A stretch of DNA of 27,806 bases from Ferrithrix thermotolerans DSM 19514 (GTDB taxonomy: Bacteria > Actinomycetota > Acidimicrobiia > Acidimicrobiales > Ilumatobacteraceae): assembly GCA_945860575.1 (NCBI GenBank), contig CAMAQQ010000001.1, positions 1 through 27,806 of the forward strand, in the 5' to 3' direction. Shown in pieces: positions 11,084 to 19,254 of this stretch. Numbering within the stretch: the stretch's first letter is position 1; the number at the start of each line of letters is the position of its first letter. A program made the position numbers and the translations under genes. The notes below the pieces were generated by a model. It saw nothing but the letters and a program-made list of their open reading frames with translations. It was not told where the DNA came from and ran no database searches.

Positions 11084-11694
11084 AATGCGGCCTTGCCGTT
11101 TAACCAAACTGGAGACTCGGTGACAAGTTCTGGAGCGACCGCGCCGACTGCACGATCAGCAGGAATTACTTGACGAACTTTCGACAACACCCCGTGCGCA
11201 GGAATCTCATCGTTTAGTTTTCCGTCTTGTAGGTCGTCAATTAGGTTGTCTAGATCTGCTGATGTAACTCTCAAGCGATAGCGATAATTAACTTGTAAAC
11301 ATGGGGCTTCGGTGCATGCCGCCTGGCATTCTGCATGAGCAAGGGTGAACATGCCATCTTGAGTTGTGCCACCTGCTTTGACCCCAAGTCGCTTTTCGGC
11401 GTGATGCATTAATTCTTCGGCACCCATCAAGGCACACGACATCGTTCCACAAATATTGATCAGATACTTTCCGATTGGTTCAAATCGAAACATTTCATAA
11501 AAAGAAGCCGTGCCATAAACCTCGGCAGAGGTGACACCGACAAGTTCACCAAGATGCACCATTGCTTCACGGCTGATGAAACCGGTTTGCTCCTGGGCGA
11601 GGTGCAACAACGGAATCAGGGCCGATTTTTGGCGCGGATATCGGGCGATGATCTCTTTGGCTAACACCAAATTTTTCTCAGTTAAACGACTCAT
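11080..11694 (-). CDS. nuoE: NADH-quinone oxidoreductase subunit E
   Basis: 204 aa, SALIPLLHLAQE, ASFYEMF, [2Fe-2S] ligands CGTMSC and CQAAC. Confidence 0.96.
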   Translation of the reverse strand: MSRLTEKNLVLAKEIIARYPRQKSALIPLLHLAQEQTGFISREAMVHLGELVGVTSAEVYGTASFYEMFRFEPIGKYLINICGTMSCALMGAEELMHHAEKRLGVKAGGTTQDGMFTLAHAECQAACTEAPCLQVNYRYRLRVTSADLDNLIDDLQDGKLNDEIPAHGVLSKVRQVIPADRAVGAVAPELVTESPVWLNGKAAL

Positions 11695-13046
11695 CGATCA
11701 ACTTCTCCAAGAACTGGGTCAACAGATGAAATTACGGCAACCGCATCAGCGATAAGTCCGCCATGCATCATCAACGGCATCGACTGAATGTTCACAAAAC
11801 TTGGCGCTCGCACATGCATTCGATACGGAGTTGATGAACCATCGCTGGCTATATAACAACCGATTTCACCCCGCGGACTTTCAATTGCAACATAAGCCTC
11901 GCCCTCAGGTACTTTGAAGCCTTCCGTGAAAATTTTGAAGTGGTGAATTAACGCTTCCATTGATTCGTCAATGCGTCCGCGCGGTGGCGGAGTAACTTTT
12001 TTGTCCTGAATTCGATAATCACCTTGCGGCATCCGATCTAAAATTTGTCGAACAATTCGCATCGACTCACGAATTTCATTGAGGCGAATCGAGTAACGAT
12101 CAAATGCATCGCCATAACTGCCGACAATTACATCAAACTCAACTTCTTCGTAACGCAAATATGGCAAATCTCGACGGAGATCCCAAGCCAAACCCGTGCT
12201 ACGCAATATCGGCCCAGTTGCACTTAAAGCAATTGCTTCGTCGCGAGTGATTACTCCGACACCTTGCAGCCGTTCGCGCCAGATCGGCTGACCAGTCATT
12301 AAAATTTCGTACTCGGCTAAACGCTCTGGCAATGCATCTAACAAGCCGAGCACATCGTCTCGCCACCCTGCCGGAAGATCTGCTGCGACCCCGCCTGGAC
12401 GAATGAAGTTGTGATTCATTCGTAATCCGGTGACTTTTTGGAAGAAGCGCAGAACTTCTTCACGCTCACGAAAACCGTAGAGCATCATCGAGACTGCGCC
12501 GATGTCCATGCCGTTAGTCGCCATAAACAATAAATGGCTGCTGATGCGATTTAGTTCTGAGAGCATCATTCGAATCCACACTGCTCGCTCTGGAATATCA
12601 CCATCGATACCGAGGAGTTTCTCTGTGGCCATCGAGAATACGAGTTCGTTATTTAGTGGCGATGCATAATCCATTCGCGTGACATTGGTGCCACCTTGCA
12701 TATATGTCAGCGACTCGCCGGTCTTTTCCATTCCGGTGTGCAAATAACCAATCACGGGCTTGCAACGTAAAACTGTTTCGCCTTTTAGCTCAAGCATCAA
12801 GCGCAACACTCCGTGCGTGCTTGGGTGTTGCGGGCCCATGTTGATGATCATGGTCTGATCTTCGCTTTGAGTGTCAGCCAGTGACGCAACCTGCGACTCA
12901 CTCATTCGCAAAACCGCACCAGACTCGCGAAGCACGGCCTTGACCGACATATCGGCACGCAATTGCAGTTCTTGACCACCCTCGGAGGTGCCGGCAGAAA
13001 TAATTTCCGTCGCGTTAATTTTGTTTAAGTTCTCCGTTGTCGTCAC
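11691..13046 (-). CDS. nuoD: NADH-quinone oxidoreductase subunit D (start probably GTG 13046)
   Basis: INMGPQHPSTHGVLRL, GYLHTGMEK, RMDY, ESPRGE, SSVDPVLGEVDR. GTG 13046 overlaps the nuoC stop; the exact start is uncertain. Confidence 0.96.
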   Translation of the reverse strand: MTTTENLNKINATEIISAGTSEGGQELQLRADMSVKAVLRESGAVLRMSESQVASLADTQSEDQTMIINMGPQHPSTHGVLRLMLELKGETVLRCKPVIGYLHTGMEKTGESLTYMQGGTNVTRMDYASPLNNELVFSMATEKLLGIDGDIPERAVWIRMMLSELNRISSHLLFMATNGMDIGAVSMMLYGFREREEVLRFFQKVTGLRMNHNFIRPGGVAADLPAGWRDDVLGLLDALPERLAEYEILMTGQPIWRERLQGVGVITRDEAIALSATGPILRSTGLAWDLRRDLPYLRYEEVEFDVIVGSYGDAFDRYSIRLNEIRESMRIVRQILDRMPQGDYRIQDKKVTPPPRGRIDESMEALIHHFKIFTEGFKVPEGEAYVAIESPRGEIGCYIASDGSSTPYRMHVRAPSFVNIQSMPLMMHGGLIADAVAVISSVDPVLGEVDR

Positions 13047-13510
13047 GAGGCCGCACCTTTGAACTGAACTGGAATGTTGCCTTGCGAGTAATCCTTGCGC
13101 AATGGAAACCCAATCCAATCTTCTGGCATCAAAATTCTCGTCAAATCTGGATGACCCGTGAATGTGATACCGAACATGTCATAGACCTCACGCTCCATCG
13201 CCTCTGTGCCCGGATAAATATCAAATGCCGAATCTATGGAAGTATCGGATTCAGAAATTTGCACGCGCAATCTGCATCGACGGCGCTGAGAAAGCGAAAG
13301 TAAATTAACGACGAGTTCAAAGCGTTCGAGTGTTATTCGACTGGCGACTTCGGCATCCAGTGGCCGACCAGGGTGTGTCAAGAAATCAACTGCAGTGAGA
13401 TCTGCACACATTTCGAAACCTTCACTGCGCAGCGCAGTAAGAGTTTTTATGTAGTCAGTTTTTGCGACGAAACGAACATCATCGGCGGCAAGACCAGCAG
13501 GTTGCGTCAT
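13043..13510 (-). CDS. nuoC: NADH-quinone oxidoreductase subunit C
   Basis: 155 aa, DLTAVD, EREVYDMFGITFTGHPDLTRILMPEDWIGFPLRKDY. Confidence 0.96.
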   Translation of the reverse strand: MTQPAGLAADDVRFVAKTDYIKTLTALRSEGFEMCADLTAVDFLTHPGRPLDAEVASRITLERFELVVNLLSLSQRRRCRLRVQISESDTSIDSAFDIYPGTEAMEREVYDMFGITFTGHPDLTRILMPEDWIGFPLRKDYSQGNIPVQFKGAAS

Positions 13511-13513
13511 TTT

Positions 13514-14098
13514 TCAACGTTTTCCGAGGATCACTGGAGTGATTGAGCCAGCAGGGATTTCTTGAATATGAACTTGGGCTCCGGCACCAGTTGATGCGCG
13601 ACGCTTCATGATCTCACCGTCTTCAATTAACTGATGCAAAGTTTCAATCGCATGAATCAAAGTTTCAGGAGTAGGTGGGCAACCCGGTGCATAGACATCA
13701 ACAGGTACTATCTGGTCGACACCCTGGACGATTGCATAGTTGTTGAACATTCCACCACTGCTGGCACAAACGCCCATTGAGATAACCCACTTGGGTTCCA
13801 TCATTTGGTCGTACACCTGTCGCAAGACTGGCGCCATCTTTTGACTGACGCGTCCAGCGACGATCATGATGTCTGCTTGACGCGGTGACGCCCGAAATAC
13901 TTCCATTCCGAAACGTGCCAAGTCATAGTGAGCGGTGCCTGACGCCATCATCTCAATTGCGCAACATGCCAAGCCGAAAGTTGCAGCCCAACTCGAGCGC
14001 GAGCGAGACCACTTAACGAGATCTTCTACACGGCCAGTGAGAAAATTATGTTCGAGACCACCTAGACCGTCGTCTAATACATCGCGAACTGTTCCCAT
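13514..14098 (-). CDS. nuoB: NADH-quinone oxidoreductase subunit B
   Basis: 194 aa, [40 protein letters not shown]. Confidence 0.97.
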   Translation of the reverse strand: MGTVRDVLDDGLGGLEHNFLTGRVEDLVKWSRSRSSWAATFGLACCAIEMMASGTAHYDLARFGMEVFRASPRQADIMIVAGRVSQKMAPVLRQVYDQMMEPKWVISMGVCASSGGMFNNYAIVQGVDQIVPVDVYAPGCPPTPETLIHAIETLHQLIEDGEIMKRRASTGAGAQVHIQEIPAGSITPVILGKR

Positions 14099-14574
14099 TA
14101 GGACGAAACTTTTTCGGTTTGACGGCCGTCAAGGCCAACACGACGAATGGTTGTCGCTGTCGTACGCGATGCCGAGAAAATATCATCATCAATCGTCAGC
14201 AGTTGACGCGGCTTAGTTATCGGACCCCAATCAAGTGCGCCACGAGCGACAACATAAACGAATGCCACAAAAAACACCGCGCTAAACGCGACGAACTCCC
14301 AGAAACCATAAGTGCCAAGTTCAGCGCTGGCGACTGCGAAAGGATACGCAAAGATAATTTCAATATCAAACATGATGAACAACATCGCCACCACAAAGAA
14401 ACTCACCGGAAATCGTTCTGGTGCTTCTCGACTTGGAACGATTCCGCATTCGTATGGCGCTTCTTTGGCAGAGTTGGGTCGCCGTGGTGCCAATAATTTT
14501 GACGCGACTAAAGATCCTGCGCCAAATAAAATTGCGAGAATTGTCAGTACGACGATTGGAAGATACTGACCCAC
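14098..14574 (-). CDS. nuoA: NADH-quinone oxidoreductase subunit A
   Basis: 158 aa, [26 protein letters not shown] followed by a roughly 40-aa tail. Confidence 0.96.
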   Translation of the reverse strand: MGQYLPIVVLTILAILFGAGSLVASKLLAPRRPNSAKEAPYECGIVPSREAPERFPVSFFVVAMLFIMFDIEIIFAYPFAVASAELGTYGFWEFVAFSAVFFVAFVYVVARGALDWGPITKPRQLLTIDDDIFSASRTTATTIRRVGLDGRQTEKVSS

Positions 14575-14577
14575 GTT

Positions 14578-15390
14578 TTATGCCTTTGCGGGCGACTGCT
14601 CGTTAAGATTCTGTCGCAAAGTCAAATCTCTTTGATGCAAGATACGACAGAGCAACAAGAAAATAATTGATGAGCCAATCGTTATAAAAATTGCAGGTTG
14701 GCGCTTGCTACCCAGATCCCGAATCATGTGAACATATCGGCGCGGTTGCGTTTCGTCAACTACTGGCTTAGCCGGCGCACGACCAGGCTCGGTGCGCTGG
14801 GGCAGAACTGGTGCTACTTCAACAAGCGCAAAATGAGGCTTATGAAAGAACGCGACAAAATCGAGCGACTCGTTTATTTTTGGCCAACGCTCTCCGCCCT
14901 TGTTATAGACAGCGAGTGAAATATATTCTCCCGCTTGGAGTTCTTCGGCTTCGCGCTGAATGATGTCATCAGAAGCAGCCACCGCTTGGCCACGACCGGT
15001 GTCAGACTCTGCCAGTAGCAACCAACCTTCAAGCTGAAGTGCTTTTGAAACCTCGGCTGAATCACTTTGCGCTGACCCGGTCAAAGTTAATGAGGACTCC
15101 AAAATTTCCGCGCCCTGCAATTGTGACGGCTCGCGCACGATCGTCACGGGTTCGGCGGGTTGCCATGTTGGTTCTCGACCTTTCAGACCAATGCCGTATG
15201 TCCACCAAATCGCTCCCATTGTCGCCATCCAGCCGAATAGTCCAGCGAGCACAATCAAAAAACCCAAGCGCGCACCCAAGTTGGTGCCGACTACTAAATA
15301 AGTGCCACCAATAAGAACACCGACAGCGATCGCGACGATAACAATGCCGCGTAATTCTGGCTCCCAGTTAATTGCAAGTAGTGACAACAT
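14578..15390 (-). CDS. Hypothetical membrane protein (two N-terminal TM, soluble domain, one C-terminal TM)
   Basis: 270-aa ORF with a 0-nt gap to the cytochrome c stop and 3 nt to nuoA. No family motif recognised. Confidence 0.88.
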   Translation of the reverse strand: MLSLLAINWEPELRGIVIVAIAVGVLIGGTYLVVGTNLGARLGFLIVLAGLFGWMATMGAIWWTYGIGLKGREPTWQPAEPVTIVREPSQLQGAEILESSLTLTGSAQSDSAEVSKALQLEGWLLLAESDTGRGQAVAASDDIIQREAEELQAGEYISLAVYNKGGERWPKINESLDFVAFFHKPHFALVEVAPVLPQRTEPGRAPAKPVVDETQPRRYVHMIRDLGSKRQPAIFITIGSSIIFLLLCRILHQRDLTLRQNLNEQSPAKA

Positions 15391-16431
15391 TTACAAACCT
15401 CTTACATAATCAATAACAGCAGCAATTTGCTCGTCGGTGAGCATTAACCCGAATGCAGGCATTCGACCTGAACCTTGACCTTGTTGCCCATATCTTTTGC
15501 CAAGTTCACTACCACCCTTGATGAACGCAATCATCTCGTCGCGTTGTGGAAACTGGCGAACGGCCGAACCGCCCGTGAGGTTTGGGCCAAGTGCTCCGCC
15601 GCCGGTGATTTGTGGTTCGCCATACGACCAACCCTTTGTATGGCAACGGGCGCACGAAAAGTTTCCGCTACCTAGATCTAAATTAAACAATGCCTCGCCA
15701 ATGGTGGCATAAGTTTTTGCTTTAACCAATCGCTCTGCTTCGGCTTGAATCTCTTGTTGTTTCTCTTCTGGCAGTTTTCCATTTTCGTCGCGCGGAATCT
15801 GAATACTCTTGACATAATCAAGAACGGTTTGAATCTGCTGCTCGTTCAAAGGCCCACCACCAACGAGGCCCCATGCAGACATCGGCGAGAACGGCCGACC
15901 ATAATTCAAAATAAATCGAAATTCTTCTTCGCTGTATCGATAATAAACCGTGTTTATCGCTGGTGCTTTCCAGTTGACTTGCTTGACCTCACCTGTATTC
16001 GGATCAGTGAGTGCATACGCCGCGACACCGCCACCACCCTTCATCCCCCCGTGGCATCCTGCGCAGTTATAACCACCATCTGAAGTAGTTGCGAATAAAC
16101 CGCTACCCCATTCTTCGAACTGGTGTTGAAATTCTTTTTCAGCACCGACCATTCGACCAGGCTCGAGAATCCAATAAAGAGGCAAAGCGATCGTGACTAT
16201 TGCAAGAAAGGCCAGTCCAATCAATTGGGTGCGCTCAATCTTTTCGCCCTCAAGACGTTCGTCGTCGTAATACGGTTTACGGTTCGCCGCAAGTTTTATT
16301 TCCGAACCAACTTCGCGTTTCGCCGAACGAATATTCGACAAACCATAGACAATCCAACCGAGTACAGATACGAGAAGAATTACCCAGGCGATCGTTGTTG
16401 TTGTGTCGGCGAGAACAACTGCGGCATTCAT
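15391..16431 (-). CDS. Membrane-anchored diheme cytochrome c of a Rieske/cytochrome b complex
   Basis: CAGCH (16051-16065) and CARCH (15640-15654), candidate distal Met in PMSAW and RMPAF, two N-terminal hydrophobic helices. Confidence 0.9.
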   Translation of the reverse strand: MNAAVVLADTTTTIAWVILLVSVLGWIVYGLSNIRSAKREVGSEIKLAANRKPYYDDERLEGEKIERTQLIGLAFLAIVTIALPLYWILEPGRMVGAEKEFQHQFEEWGSGLFATTSDGGYNCAGCHGGMKGGGGVAAYALTDPNTGEVKQVNWKAPAINTVYYRYSEEEFRFILNYGRPFSPMSAWGLVGGGPLNEQQIQTVLDYVKSIQIPRDENGKLPEEKQQEIQAEAERLVKAKTYATIGEALFNLDLGSGNFSCARCHTKGWSYGEPQITGGGALGPNLTGGSAVRQFPQRDEMIAFIKGGSELGKRYGQQGQGSGRMPAFGLMLTDEQIAAVIDYVRGL

Positions 16432-17280
16432 TTAGTGACTTCCCTCTGCGCCAACGCAGTTTGGTCCTTCGGCTTCTTGGCCCGTTGTGTTAGTTCCGAT
16501 TGGCGGACCACCAAAAACTGCACCGGTGTCAATAATCACCATCCCATTATTTACTGAAACTCCGAAACGATCCATTCCCCGTGGGGCGGGGCCACCTTTT
16601 TTCTCTCCCACACGGTTGTATTGCGAACCATGACACGGGCACTCGAACCACTGCGAAGTTTTGCATTCTGGGACTCGACAACCAAGATGCGGACACTTTT
16701 GATACAACGCGACGACGCCAGCATTCATTCCTGAAAAAACTGCACCCTGGCCTCCGTACGAGACTTCTGCTTTCGAAATCGCTTCCTTTGGATATTCAGT
16801 TATCCAAGAGCGCGCTTCGGGCAAATACAAAAAACCATCGGCAGCACGAATCTGGGCAACTACGTCTTCAATCTTGCCCGCGTTGATTTTCGACCCGAAG
16901 CCGCCTTCGGCACCTTTCCATAAAAATGCAATCAGAGCGGCCGCGAAACCGCCGAGGCTGGCACTCATCAGGGTTACTGTGGCGCGATTTAGAAATGCAC
17001 GCCGCGTTTCACCAAGTGCTTCAGCATCTGGTGCAACCCATGTTTCAATTGCGGGTGGTGGCATGACGGCTAGTGCATTGCGGCTTGCAACACCTTGATG
17101 CTCGGCCTCACGCGAGGAGTTGCGCGCGACTTTTGCAGCATTTCGATCTCGCTTACGAGTCTCACGCGACAGTGATCCAACACCTTTAATATCAGAGCGG
17201 CGTGAGGCAGTAAGCACAACGCCAAGACCAAGCACGGCGAGCACGGCGATCGCAATTGTGATGATTGAAGTTGAGTTCAT
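16432..17280 (-). CDS. petC: Rieske [2Fe-2S] subunit (PetC/QcrA-like)
   Basis: CPHLGC (16678-16695), CPCHGSQY (16618-16641), twin-arginine motif TRRAFL (16990-17007), KGGPAPRGM. Confidence 0.93.
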   Translation of the reverse strand: MNSTSIITIAIAVLAVLGLGVVLTASRRSDIKGVGSLSRETRKRDRNAAKVARNSSREAEHQGVASRNALAVMPPPAIETWVAPDAEALGETRRAFLNRATVTLMSASLGGFAAALIAFLWKGAEGGFGSKINAGKIEDVVAQIRAADGFLYLPEARSWITEYPKEAISKAEVSYGGQGAVFSGMNAGVVALYQKCPHLGCRVPECKTSQWFECPCHGSQYNRVGEKKGGPAPRGMDRFGVSVNNGMVIIDTGAVFGGPPIGTNTTGQEAEGPNCVGAEGSH

Positions 17281-17296
17281 TTAAGTAATAGTCCGA

Positions 17297-18034
17297 TCAC
17301 AATTCGAAGAAGATGCCTTCACGCCATGGGAAGACAAAGTTGAAACCAGGACCTCTAAAAAATGAACCAATAATTACAAGCACCGCCCAAAACATCAAAT
17401 GGACCGTCCACAAACTCGTCAAAAACTTTCGATCTTCGGGACGATTTGATTCATTGCGATCCAAATATGGCGCAAGCATCATTGCGATGATTCCCATTCC
17501 GGGAATTGTCACACCGGCAATCATCGGATGAAACATCGTCAACAGCTCTTGCAATCCAAGAAAGTACCAGGGTGCTTTTGATGGGTTCGGTGTTTGATTG
17601 AAGTTTGCCGCTTGCAACAACGGCGCGTTTACAAACCACGAAAACATAAATACAAATGCAGTACATGCGAGCGACGCAACAAACTCAACGCCCAACAAAT
17701 GTGGCCAAGTATGTACTTTGTCAACTGGAACCGCTTTAACATCTTGAATCGACCCTGATTTAACAACGGTCAGCAAACGCTGTGTATGTCCACCAGGTCC
17801 GGCTCCGTAAGGGATGCTTCCGTTTGTTGGCGCTCCCACGACAAGAGCACTGGGCTTTTCTGCCACAGCAACCGCACCACCTGCGGCTTTGCTTCGCTCA
17901 AGCAAATCAGCCGGAATTCGCGAACCTGCATCGCTACTCGCAGCAGTTGGTGCCGAAGCACCTGCTGCGTCAGCAGCAGCTTTTTCGCGCGCCTCTTGCG
18001 CCCGTTTAAGCAGATGTTCTGGAATGCCGGCCAT
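17297..18034 (-). CDS. petD: Cytochrome b C-terminal part / subunit IV-like protein (PetD-like)
   Basis: TWPHLL..ANFNQTPNPSKAPWYFLGLQELL aligns with the WP..ANP..TP..PEWY region of subunit IV; 3 TM; TGATG overlap with the cytochrome b gene. Confidence 0.87.
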   Translation of the reverse strand: MAGIPEHLLKRAQEAREKAAADAAGASAPTAASSDAGSRIPADLLERSKAAGGAVAVAEKPSALVVGAPTNGSIPYGAGPGGHTQRLLTVVKSGSIQDVKAVPVDKVHTWPHLLGVEFVASLACTAFVFMFSWFVNAPLLQAANFNQTPNPSKAPWYFLGLQELLTMFHPMIAGVTIPGMGIIAMMLAPYLDRNESNRPEDRKFLTSLWTVHLMFWAVLVIIGSFFRGPGFNFVFPWREGIFFEL

Positions 18035-18819
18035 CAGAGTGGTCCTGAGATTCCGCCGTCTTTACGCACGCGCCAGAAATGGATCGCGAGGAAGATGACA
18101 GTAACAAATGGGAAAAGTAAGACGTGCAACACATACCATCGCAGAAGAGTTTCTGGTCCGATCTCTACTCCGCCCAGCAAAACGAAACGAACTTGTGAAC
18201 CAATCACTGGCGAGTATCCCATCATGTTGGTACCCACCGCTACTGCCCATAGCGCAAGTTGATCCCATGGCAACAAGTATCCAGTGAACGAAAGCAGAAG
18301 AGTGAGTGTCAGCAATATTACGCCAATCACCCAGTTGAACTCACGAGGCGCTTTATACGCACCATGATAAAAAACACGAGCCATGTGTAAAAACACCGCC
18401 AACACCATCAAGTGCGCTCCCCATCGATGCATGTTTCTGACCATCAATCCAAACGTCACCGACGTGTGCAACGACTGAATGTCTTGCCAAGCATTGGCTG
18501 ATGTCGGACGATAGAAAAACATTAAGAAAATTCCGGTGATGGTAAGCAAGATGAATAAAAAGAAACTCAAGCCACCCAAGCACAGTGTGTAGCTGACTTT
18601 TACAGCGTGACGCTTTACTTTTACTGGATGCAAGTGATAGAGCACAGAGTTCATAACTACATACGAACGGTTTCTTGGTGAGTCTGAGTAACCCTTGCGG
18701 AATATCGATCCTGGTCGGAAGATTGAGTTCCACGCTTGGCTGCCCTGCAATGACTCATTTAATTTTGTTATGCGATCTTTGATCGTCAGACGAGATTTTT
18801 GTTCGAGCATTTGAACCAT
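18034..18819 (-). CDS. petB: Cytochrome b N-terminal part, cytochrome b6-like (PetB-like)
   Basis: TLCLGG, MHRWGAHLMVLAVFLHMARVF, GYLLPWDQLALWA, LHVLLFPFVTVIFLAIHF, and the C-terminus GISGPL found in cytochrome b6. Confidence 0.93.
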   Translation of the reverse strand: MVQMLEQKSRLTIKDRITKLNESLQGSQAWNSIFRPGSIFRKGYSDSPRNRSYVVMNSVLYHLHPVKVKRHAVKVSYTLCLGGLSFFLFILLTITGIFLMFFYRPTSANAWQDIQSLHTSVTFGLMVRNMHRWGAHLMVLAVFLHMARVFYHGAYKAPREFNWVIGVILLTLTLLLSFTGYLLPWDQLALWAVAVGTNMMGYSPVIGSQVRFVLLGGVEIGPETLLRWYVLHVLLFPFVTVIFLAIHFWRVRKDGGISGPL

Positions 18820-18837
18820 TTAATTTATTCTCCGTTC

Positions 18838-19251
18838 TTAAAATCGCATGCCATATGAATAGCCATGATTATTCGTTCGCATATGAGTTTCGCCAGTCGC
18901 TGGCGCAACGCCAACCTTGCCCAAGATAATTACTCCTGTTGGACATCGATCAACGCACAGCGCACAACGCGTGCAAACATCATCGTCAATAATAAACACA
19001 ACCTTGTCCGAAGGATCATCACCCGGCAACTCAGTGCCGTCAGCTTGTGTGATTGCTTCTGGCGAAACCATGAAGATGCACTTCCATGGGCAAATATCCA
19101 CGCATCCTTCGCACATAATGCACTCTGACTGATCAATATGTATGAATTGCTTTGGCTTGACTGCTTTGCTCAGGTATTCGGCATCAACCTCAACAAGTTG
19201 GTAGTCATCCGTATACGGCATCATCGGCGGGTTTGCGTCAGTTTTTGCCAT
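18838..19251 (-). CDS. 2x[4Fe-4S] dicluster ferredoxin-like protein
   Basis: CIMCEGCVDICP (19088-19122) and CTRCALCVDRCP (18940-18975); no TM or signal peptide evident. Confidence 0.92.
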   Translation of the reverse strand: MAKTDANPPMMPYTDDYQLVEVDAEYLSKAVKPKQFIHIDQSECIMCEGCVDICPWKCIFMVSPEAITQADGTELPGDDPSDKVVFIIDDDVCTRCALCVDRCPTGVIILGKVGVAPATGETHMRTNNHGYSYGMRF

Positions 19252-19254
19252 GGC

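Noticed and set aside
6077-13118. Longer starts in the track for nuoI (6196), nuoH (7383), nuoF (11107) and nuoD (13118)
   Set aside because: Each would run deep into the upstream gene; downstream starts give exact stop-start overlaps.
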